The notes below the pieces were generated by a model. It was given only the letters and a program-made list of their open reading frames with translations, was not told where the DNA came from and did not search any database. A stretch of DNA of 64,000 nt from Lingula anatina (taxonomy: Eukaryota > Animalia > Brachiopoda): assembly GCA_051362555.1 (NCBI GenBank), contig CM120642.1, positions 7,316,001-7,380,000 of the forward strand. The letters are read 5' to 3'. The translations under genes were made by a program, and so were the position numbers. Below, piece by piece: positions 1-9,990 of this stretch (its first letter is position 1; the number at the start of each line of letters is the position of its first letter).

Positions 1-952
1 GGCGGTTTTAGTTTAAGCAAGCCCCTACGAAAAGGGATTCTTTAAAAAAGTGCAAATGTTCAAAGACTGGTGCGCTTTCCATTCTAGCAATTGGGAGGAT
101 ACAGAATTTGAGAAAAAAACATATTTGGCGTATAACTCCACCCACAAGATACCATCTTTTTCTGTTGAATGCGATTTACGAGTGATGCGACGTGATTCTA
201 CTGTATACAGGGAAAGTTACTGAATCATTTCAATTTCGGTCGCTTTTATTGATAAACCTGCCTGTCATGTTCCTAGCTATATGATTTCAAATGATTTTAT
301 TTCCATTTTGTGTTACACTGAGGTTACGTTTGACTTCGCCTGTGGCGTTATAGAGCACGTTGAGATCCAAAGTGGTTTACACCTTGACGATTTTAGTTTT
401 GAGTAGTCTTTGCCATTTGAAATGCAGACCGTGGAATTACCCCGGGGACTGTGTGACCATACGAACAGTCTTCATAAGCAAAGGACATGAGAAAAAAATG
501 TATGAATGGGTAAAGCAATAGCGGCAACGCTACTTTTGAAAAAAAAAATTGAGAACTTTTCTTGCAGATTATCCCAACGAGAAAATAGCACTTTTCCATG
601 AAATGGCAGTATTACATGCGTGGCGCCGTATCGGGTCAGCAATTGACTCGATTCAAGTTTGACATGTGACGTACCTGGAAAAAGATAGAGTTCAATGAGC
701 TTACCCTCGTCAACACCATTTTGAGGTCTTTTAAGTGAAGAGAAAGGAAGTGTTATTGACGATGCATTTTTGATGAGAATGACCAGCAAAAAGTCTATGT
801 CAAGTCGGTCACTTATGGTGAACTATGCCGTTTTTTATGCAAAAGGTTCATATCAAATCACCGTATTTATCTTTAAGTAATAAATCTACTAAAAAAGATG
901 TAAGATCTTCATAGATGCACCACTGTGACAACAACTTTTTTATTAATGGTGC

Positions 953-1139
953 AAAAGGTAATTTGCGAGGACCCACGAGAGGCCGCATTCGCTCCTGTGG
1001 CTTCCCGCTCCCAGCGCCAGTTAGATGACGTTGTTGTGGTAGACTGACGTGCGTCTTCTGGGATTCGAACCCGTGACTCTACGTTTTTGCATTTGTTTTT
1101 TGCAGCCGTGCACGCTACCGACTGCGCCGTGACAGACCC
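953..1139 (-). ncRNA. Degenerate tRNA-like Pol III cassette with ~95-nt 3' tail (cassette 1; also at 2542-2729, 4059-4245, 5674-5861, 7191-7377, 8807-8993)
   Basis: Minus strand: A-box-like CGGCGCAGTCGG (1118-1129), D-arm GCGC/GCGT, CT-GCA-AA loop in the anticodon position, perfect B-box GGTTCGAATCC (1061-1071). The first T4 terminator is at 953-956. Stems are mismatched, so it is not a canonical tRNA; expression is unknown. Confidence 0.55.
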
Positions 1140-1210
1140 GCCCACCCTCCGTACCTACGAGTTTCCTTTTATAGTAATCGAACTCAATTTGTGCAAATTA
1201 TTTCTGGAAT

Positions 1211-1301
1211 AAAAATATTTCGTCGCATCCTCGGACTCGAACCCGCGTACGTGGGTCTGTCAGTTTTCCAGTCGGCAAAGTTACCACGGAGCCAGACAAA
1301 C
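1211..1301 (-). ncRNA. ~90-nt tRNA-like Pol III cassette (cassette 2; also at 2801-2891, 4317-4407, 5933-6023, 7449-7539, 9065-9155)
   Basis: Minus strand: A-box-like TGGCTCCGTGG (1284-1294), B-box GGTTCGAGTCC (1233-1243; GGTTCGAGTAC in units 2 and 4) and T5 terminator at 1211-1215, about 17 nt after the B-box. Confidence 0.5.
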
Positions 1302-1312
1302 TTGGTTAGTGG

Positions 1313-2465
1313 ATGGGAGATCAAATGGAAACCTTTTACCTTCTCACGGAGAGGGCCAGTTTGGATATACACGTATTTATACATATATATATATCTCCAG
1401 TTACCATCGATAGCCAGGGTGCTGCGTTTCTTTCCCGAGCCACGCCAGGCCACGAACACGGTCTTCTCATGAACGTTGACGTTTGTCACGTCCACTAGAC
1501 CTTGTTTGACAACCTGGAACGGAGCCTTCCTACATAGATGACTTTCTTTTACTTTCAGTCATTGAGAAAGTGTTTCCTTCAACTATGACGGTAAAAAGAC
1601 GCAATGGTATCAAAGGCCGTTCACACCGGGGCGGTTTTAGTTTAAGCAAGCCCCTACGAAAAGGGATTCTTTAAAAAAGTGCAAATGTTCAAAGACTGGT
1701 GCGCTTTCCATTCTAGCAATTGGGAGGATACAGAATTTGAGAAAAAAACATATTTGGCGTATAACTCCACCCACAAGATACCATCTTTTCTGTATACAGG
1801 GAAAGTTACTGAATCATTTCAATTTCGGTCGCTTTTATTGATAAACCTGCCTGTCATGTTCCTAGCTATATGATTTCAAATGATTTTATTTCCATTTTGT
1901 GTTACACTGAGGTTACGTTTGACTTCGCCTGTGGCGTTATAGAGCACGTTGAGATCCAAAGTGGTTTACACCTTGACGATTTTAGTTTTGAGTAGTCTTT
2001 GCCATTTGAAATGCAGACCGTGGAATTACCCCGGGGACAGTGTGACCATACGAACAGTCTTCATAAGCAAAGGACATGAGAAAAAAATGTATGAATGGGT
2101 AAAGCAATAGCGGCAACGCTACTTTTGAAAAAAAAAATTGAGAACTTTTCTTGCAGATTATCCCAACGAGAAAATAGCACTTTTCCATGAAATGGCAGTA
2201 TTACATGCGTGGCGCCGTATCGGGTCAGCAATTGACTCGATTCAAGTTTGACATGTGACGTACCTGGAAAAAGATAGAGTTCAATGAGCTTACCCTCGTC
2301 AACACCATTTTGAGGTCTTTTAAGTGAAGAGAAAGGAAGTGTTATTGACGATGCATTTTTGATGAGAATGACCAGCAAAAAGTCTATGTCAAGTCGGTCA
2401 CTTATGGTGAACTATGCCGTTTTTTATGCAAAAGGTTCATATCAAATCACCGTATTTATCTTTAA
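1313..2465 (+). pseudogene. Decayed intronless ORF (~380 codons, unknown family), one per tandem unit
   Basis: One frame can be followed with ~8 stops and 3-4 frameshifts: MGDQMETFYLL...QPGTEPSYIDDFLLLSVIEKVF...MFKDWCAFHSSNWEDTEFEKK...NDFISILCYTEVTFDFACGVIEHVEIQSG...LRTFLADYPNEKIALFHEMAVLHAWRRIG...DENDQQKVYVKSVTYGELCRFLCKRFISNHRIYL*. Most stops are TGA, consistent with CGA>TGA. Two lesions are open in other copies. The TAA at 2463-2465 is followed by AATAAA at 2468-2473. Confidence 0.5.
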
Positions 2466-5400
2466 GTAATAAATCTACTAAAAAAGATGTAAGATCTTCA
2501 TAGATGCACCACTGTGACAACAACTTTTTTATTAATGGTGCAAAAGGTAATTTGCGAGGACCCACGAGAGGCTGCATTCGCTCCTGTGGCTTCCCGCTCC
2601 CAGCGCCAGTTCGATGACGTTGTTGTGGTGGACTGACGTGCGTCTTCTGGGATTCGAACCCGTGACTCTACGTTTTTGCATTTGTTTTTTTGCAGCCGTG
2701 CACGCTACCGACTGCGCCGTGACAGACCCGCCCACCCTCCGTACCTACGAGTTTCCTTTTATAGTAATCGAACTAAATTTGTGCAAATTATTTCTGGAAT
2801 AAAAATATTTCGTCGCATCCTCGTACTCGAACCCGCGTACGTGGGTCTGTCAGTTTTCCAGTCGGCAAAGTTACCACGGAGCCAGACAAACTTGGTTAGT
2901 GGATGGGAGATCAAATGGAAACCTTTTACCTTCTCACGGAGAGGGCCAGTTTGGATATACACGTATATATTTATATCTCCAGTTACCATCGATAGCCAGG
3001 GTGCTGCGTTTCTTTCCCGAGCCACGCCAGGCCACGAACACGGTCTTCTCATGAACGTTGACGTTTGTCGCGTCCACTAGACCTTGTTTGACAACCTGGA
3101 ACGGAGCCTTCCTACATAGATGACTTTCTTTTACTTTCAGTCATTGAGAAAGTGTTTGCTTCAACTATGACGGTAAAAAGACGCAATGGTATCAAAGGCC
3201 GTTCACACCGGGGCGGTTTTAGTTTAAGCAAGCCCCTACGAAAAGGGATTCTTTAAAAAAAGTTCAAATGTTCAAAGACTGGTGCGCTTTCCATTCTAGC
3301 AATTGGGAGGATACAGGGAAAGTTACTGAATCATTTCAATTTCGGTCGCTTTTATTGATAAACCTGCCTGTCATGTTCCTAGCTATATGATTTCAAATGA
3401 TTTTATTTCCATTTTGTGTTACACTGAGGTTACGTTTGACTTCGCCTGTGGCGTTATTGAGCACGTTGAGATCCAAAGTGGTTTACACCTTGACGATTTT
3501 AGTTTTGAGTAGTCTTTGCCATTTGAAATGCAGACTGTGGAATTGCCCCGGGGGCAGTGTGACCATACGAATAGTCTTGTTGGCAAAGGACATGAGAAAA
3601 AAATGTATGAATGGGTAAAGCAATAGCGGCAACGCTACTTTTGAAAAAAAAAAATTGAGAACTTTTCTTGCAGATTATCCCAACGAGAAAATAGCACTTT
3701 TCCATGAAATGGCAGTATTACATGCGTGGCGCCGTATCGGGTCAGCAATTGACTCGATTCAAGTTTGACATGTGACGTACCTGGAAAAAGATAGAGTTCA
3801 ATGAGCTTACCCTCGTCAACACCATTTTGAGGTCTTTTAAGTGAAGAGAAAGGAAGTGTTATTGACGATGCATTTTTGATGAGAATGACCAGCAAAAAGT
3901 CTATGTCAAGTCGGTCACTTATGGTGAACTATGCCGTTTTTTATGCAAAAGGTTCATATCAAATCACCGTATTTATCTTTAAGTAATAAATCTACTAAAA
4001 AAGATGTAAGATCTTCATAGATGCACCACTGTGACAACAACTTTTTTATTAATGGTGCAAAAGGTAATTTGCGAGGACCCACGAGAGGCTGCATTCGCTC
4101 CTGTGGCTTCCCGCTCCCAGCGCCAGTTAGATGACGTTGTTGTGGTGAACTGACGTGCGTCTTCTGGGATTCGAACCCGTGACTCTACGTTTTTGCATTT
4201 GTTTTTTGCAGCCGTGCACGCTACCGACTGCGCCGTGACAGACCCGCCCACCATCCGTACTCACGAGTTTCCTTTTATAGTAATCGAACTCAATTTGTGC
4301 AAATTATTTCTGGAATAAAAATATTTCGTCGCATCCTCGGACTCGAACCCGCGTACGTGGGTCTGTCAGTTTTCCAGTCGGCAAAGTTACCACGGAGCCA
4401 GACAAACTTGGTTAGTGGATAGGAGATCAAATGGAAACCTTTTACCTTCTCACGGAGAGGGCCAGTTTGGATATACACGTATATATCTCCAGTTACCATC
4501 GATAGCCAGGGTGCTGCGTTTCTTTCCCGAGCCACGCCAGGCCACGAACACGGTCTTCTCATGAACGTTGACGTTTGTCACGTCCACTAGACCTTGTTTG
4601 ACAACCTGGAACGGAGCCTTCCTACATAGATGACTTTCTTTTACTTTCAGTCATTGAGAAAGTGTTTCCTTCAACTATGACGGTAAAAAGACGCAATGGT
4701 ATCAAAGGCCGTTCACACCGTGGCGGTTTTAGTTTAAGCAAGCCCCTACGAAAAGGGATTCTTTAAAAAAGTTCAAATGTTCAAAGACTGGTGCGCTTTC
4801 CATTCTAGCAATTGGGAGGATACAGAATTTGAGAAAAAAACATATTTGGCGTATAACTCCACCCACAAGATACCATCTTTTTCTGTTGAATCCGGTTTAC
4901 TAGTGATGTGACGTCATTCTACTGTATACAGGGAAAGTTACTGAATCATATCAATTTCGGTCGCTTTTATTGATAAACCTGCCTGTCATGTTCCTAGCTA
5001 TATGATTTCAAATGATTTTATTTCCATTTTGTGTTACACTGAGGTTACGTTTGACTTCGCCTGTGGCGTTATAGAGCACGTTGAGATCCAAAGTGGTTTA
5101 CACCTTGACGATTTTAGTTTTGAGTAGTCTTTGCCATTTGAAATGCAGACCGTGGAATTACCCAGGGGACAGTGTGACCATACGAACAGTCTTCATAAGC
5201 AAAGGACATGAGAAAAAAATGTATGAATGGGTAAAGCAATACCGGCAACGCTACTTTTGAAAAAAAAAATTGAGAACTTTTCTTGCAGATTATCCCAACG
5301 AGAAAATAGCACTTTTCCATGAAATGGCAGTATTACATGCGTGGCGCCGTATCGGGTCAGCAATTGACTCGATTCAAGTTTGACATGTGACGTACCTGGA

Positions 5401-8400
5401 AAAAGATAGAGTTCAATGAGCTTACCCTCGTCAACACCATTTTGAGGTCTTTTAAGTGAAGAGAAAGGAAGTGTTATTGACGATGCATTTTTGATGAGAA
5501 TGACCAGCAAAAAGTCTATGTCAAGTCGGTCACTTATGGTGAACTATGCCGTTTTTTATGCAAAAGGTTCATATCAAATCACCGTATTTATCTTTAAGTA
5601 ATAAATCTACTAAAAAAGATGTAAGATCTTCATAGATGCACCACTGTGACAACAACTTTTTTATTAATGGTGCAAAAGGTAATTTGCGAGGACCCACGAG
5701 AGGCTGCATTCGCTCCTGTGGCTTCCCGCTCCCAGCGCCAGTTCGATGACGTTGTTGTGGTGGACTGACGTGCGTCTTCTGGGATTCGAACCCGTGACTC
5801 TACGTTTTTGCATTTGTTTTTTTGCAGCCGTGCACGCTACCGACTGCGCCGTGACAGACCCGCCCACCCTCCGTACCTACGAGTTTCCTTTTATAGTAAT
5901 CGAACTAAATTTGTGCAAATTATTTCTGGAATAAAAATATTTCGTCGCATCCTCGTACTCGAACCCGCGTACGTGGGTCTGTCAGTTTTCCAGTCGGCAA
6001 AGTTACCACGGAGCCAGACAAACTTGGTTAGTGGATGGGAGATCAAATGGAAACCTTTTACCTTCTCACGGAGAGGGCCAGTTTGGATATACACGTATAT
6101 ATTTATATCTCCAGTTACCATCGATAGCCAGGGTGCTGCGTTTCTTTCCCGAGCCACGCCAGGCCACGAACACGGTCTTCTCATGAACGTTGACGTTTGT
6201 CGCGTCCACTAGACCTTGTTTGACAACCTGGAACGGAGCCTTCCTACATAGATGACTTTCTTTTACTTTCAGTCATTGAGAAAGTGTTTGCTTCAACTAT
6301 GACGGTAAAAAGACGCAATGGTATCAAAGGCCGTTCACACCGGGGCGGTTTTAGTTTAAGCAAGCCCCTACGAAAAGGGATTCTTTAAAAAAAGTTCAAA
6401 TGTTCAAAGACTGGTGCGCTTTCCATTCTAGCAATTGGGAGGATACAGGGAAAGTTACTGAATCATTTCAATTTCGGTCGCTTTTATTGATAAACCTGCC
6501 TGTCATGTTCCTAGCTATATGATTTCAAATGATTTTATTTCCATTTTGTGTTACACTGAGGTTACGTTTGACTTCGCCTGTGGCGTTATTGAGCACGTTG
6601 AGATCCAAAGTGGTTTACACCTTGACGATTTTAGTTTTGAGTAGTCTTTGCCATTTGAAATGCAGACTGTGGAATTGCCCCGGGGGCAGTGTGACCATAC
6701 GAATAGTCTTGTTGGCAAAGGACATGAGAAAAAAATGTATGAATGGGTAAAGCAATAGCGGCAACGCTACTTTTGAAAAAAAAAAATTGAGAACTTTTCT
6801 TGCAGATTATCCCAACGAGAAAATAGCACTTTTCCATGAAATGGCAGTATTACATGCGTGGCGCCGTATCGGGTCAGCAATTGACTCGATTCAAGTTTGA
6901 CATGTGACGTACCTGGAAAAAGATAGAGTTCAATGAGCTTACCCTCGTCAACACCATTTTGAGGTCTTTTAAGTGAAGAGAAAGGAAGTGTTATTGACGA
7001 TGCATTTTTGATGAGAATGACCAGCAAAAAGTCTATGTCAAGTCGGTCACTTATGGTGAACTATGCCGTTTTTTATGCAAAAGGTTCATATCAAATCACC
7101 GTATTTATCTTTAAGTAATAAATCTACTAAAAAAGATGTAAGATCTTCATAGATGCACCACTGTGACAACAACTTTTTTATTAATGGTGCAAAAGGTAAT
7201 TTGCGAGGACCCACGAGAGGCTGCATTCGCTCCTGTGGCTTCCCGCTCCCAGCGCCAGTTAGATGACGTTGTTGTGGTGAACTGACGTGCGTCTTCTGGG
7301 ATTCGAACCCGTGACTCTACGTTTTTGCATTTGTTTTTTGCAGCCGTGCACGCTACCGACTGCGCCGTGACAGACCCGCCCACCATCCGTACTCACGAGT
7401 TTCCTTTTATAGTAATCGAACTCAATTTGTGCAAATTATTTCTGGAATAAAAATATTTCGTCGCATCCTCGGACTCGAACCCGCGTACGTGGGTCTGTCA
7501 GTTTTCCAGTCGGCAAAGTTACCACGGAGCCAGACAAACTTGGTTAGTGGATAGGAGATCAAATGGAAACCTTTTACCTTCTCACGGAGAGGGCCAGTTT
7601 GGATATACACGTATATATCTCCAGTTACCATCGATAGCCAGGGTGCTGCGTTTCTTTCCCGAGCCACGCCAGGCCACGAACACGGTCTTCTCATGAACGT
7701 TGACGTTTGTCACGTCCACTAGACCTTGTTTGACAACCTGGAACGGAGCCTTCCTACATAGATGACTTTCTTTTACTTTCAGTCATTGAGAAAGTGTTTC
7801 CTTCAACTATGACGGTAAAAAGACGCAATGGTATCAAAGGCCGTTCACACCGTGGCGGTTTTAGTTTAAGCAAGCCCCTACGAAAAGGGATTCTTTAAAA
7901 AAGTTCAAATGTTCAAAGACTGGTGCGCTTTCCATTCTAGCAATTGGGAGGATACAGAATTTGAGAAAAAAACATATTTGGCGTATAACTCCACCCACAA
8001 GATACCATCTTTTTCTGTTGAATCCGGTTTACTAGTGATGTGACGTCATTCTACTGTATACAGGGAAAGTTACTGAATCATATCAATTTCGGTCGCTTTT
8101 ATTGATAAACCTGCCTGTCATGTTCCTAGCTATATGATTTCAAATGATTTTATTTCCATTTTGTGTTACACTGAGGTTACGTTTGACTTCGCCTGTGGCG
8201 TTATAGAGCACGTTGAGATCCAAAGTGGTTTACACCTTGACGATTTTAGTTTTGAGTAGTCTTTGCCATTTGAAATGCAGACCGTGGAATTACCCAGGGG
8301 ACTGTGTGACCATACGAACAGTCTTCATAAGCAAAGGACATGAGAAAAAAATGTATGAATGGGTAAAGCAATAGCGGCAACGCTACTTTTGAAAAAAAAA

Positions 8401-9228
8401 AATTGAGAACTTTTCTTGCAGATTATCCCAACGAGAAAATAGCACTTTTCCATGAAATGGCAGTATTACATGCGTGGCGCCGTATCGGGTCAGCAATTGA
8501 CTCGATTCAAGTTTGACATGTGACGTACCTGGAAAAAGATAGAGTTCAATGAGCTTACCCTCGTCAACACCATTTTGAGGTCTTTTAAGTGAAGAGAAAG
8601 GAAGTGTTATTGACGATGCATTTTTGATGAGAATGACCAGCAAAAAGTCTATGTCAAGTCGGTCACTTATGGTGAACTATGCCGTTTTTTATGCAAAAGG
8701 TTCATATCAAATCACCGTATTTATCTTTAAGTAATAAATCTACTAAAAAAGATGTAAGATCTTCATAGATGCACCACTGTGACAACAACTTTTTTATTAA
8801 TGGTGCAAAAGGTAATTTGCGAGGACCCACGAGAGGCTGCATTCGCTCCTGTGGCTTCCCGCTCCCAGCGCCAGTTAGATGACGTTGTTGTGGTAGACTG
8901 ACGTGCGTCTTCTGGGATTCGAACCCGTGACTCTACGTTTTTGCATTTGTTTTTTGCAGCCGTGCACGCTACCGACTGCGCCGTGACAGACCCGCCCACC
9001 CTCCGTACCTACGAGTTTCCTTTTATAGTAATCGAACTCAATTTGTGCAAATTATTTCTGGAATAAAAATATTTCGTCGCATCCTCGGACTCGAACCCGC
9101 GTACGTGGGTCTGTCAGTTTTCCAGTCGGCAAAGTTACCACGGAGCCAGACAAACTTGGTTAGTAGATGGGAGATCAAATGGAAACCTTTTACCTTCTCA
9201 CGGAGAGGGCCAGTTTGGATATACACGT

Positions 9229-9263
<35 letters not shown>

Positions 9264-9718
9264 CAGTTACCATCGATAGCCAGGGTGCTGCGTTTCTTTC
9301 CCGAGCCACGCCAGGCCACGAACACGGTCTTCTCATGAACGTTGACGTTTGTCACGTCCACTAGACCTTGTTTGACAACCTGGAACGGAGCCTTCCTACA
9401 TAGATGACTTTCTTTTACTTTCAGTCATTGAGAAAGTGTTTCCTTCAACTATGACGGTAAAAAGACGCAATGGTATCAAAGGCCGTTCACACCGGGACGG
9501 TTTTAGTTTAAGCAAGCCCCTATGAAAAGGGAATCATTGCTGTCTAGCATTTTACACAGCCAATACATTCACAACTGAAGCAATCCAAGCTGTATACCGG
9601 CATTATTTACATCAAGTTTAACCAAGTGTGACTTTTTTATAATTTCATCGAAGAAAAGAAAGTGCCAACTGTGGCACACAGGTGAAATTCATCGTACTGC
9701 CCTGAAAAATCATTCAAA

Positions 9719-9990
9719 ACTAGAAAAGCACTCAGAAAGCGTAGACCTCCGCCAAGGCAGCAAAGTCTCCATCCAATGCCGTTTCACCCCAAATTTTCGA
9801 TATTTTTTATTTTTGATTATTGACCCGGATCACCACCAAAAACTAATCATCTGTTCCTTGGCCCACTTCTGACAATTCCTGAAAATTTCATCAAAATCGG
9901 TCCATAACATTTTGAGTTATGTTGAAGCTATGACAGACAGACAGAAAGACAGACCGACAAACAAACATAACCTCCTTGGCGGAGGTAATA
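9719..9990 (-). mobile_element. Non-autonomous Helentron-associated element (HINE/DINE-1-like)
   Basis: 13-bp sub-terminal inverted repeats ACCTCCGCCAAGG (9745-9757) / CCTTGGCGGAGGT (9974-9986), an (ACAG)n microsatellite next to one subTIR, and a short hairpin plus CTAG terminus at 9720-9723. Confidence 0.8.

Larger units (their letters stand above)
1..9531. repeat. Tandem array (macrosatellite) of ~1.5-1.64 kb units, ~6 copies, continuing off the left edge
   Basis: Anchor GGCGGTTTTAGTTTAAGCAAGCCCC recurs at 1, 1630, 3212, 4722, 6344, 7854 and (variant) 9496, giving units of 1629, 1582, 1510, 1622, 1510 and 1642 bp. The ORF track repeats accordingly. Similarity ends abruptly after GAAAAGGGA at ~9531. 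Confidence 0.98.

Noticed and set aside
1051-1139. Functional tRNA-Cys(GCA) gene
   Set aside because: Acceptor, anticodon and T stems each have about 2 mismatches and there are extra bases before the D-arm; kept only as tRNA-like.
393-8999. Repeated 60-134 aa ORFs in the track (MEKCYFLVG..., MLVILIKNAS..., MGGSVTAQS...)
   Set aside because: They recur only because the DNA is tandemly repeated, change frame with homopolymer length and have no recognisable motifs. Several are antisense to the better-supported decayed + strand frame.
1-9531. Array as a 5S rRNA, snRNA, SL-RNA, histone or CRISPR cluster
   Set aside because: No 5S, U1-U6, 7SL or histone sequence recognised, and no short repeat/unique spacer structure.
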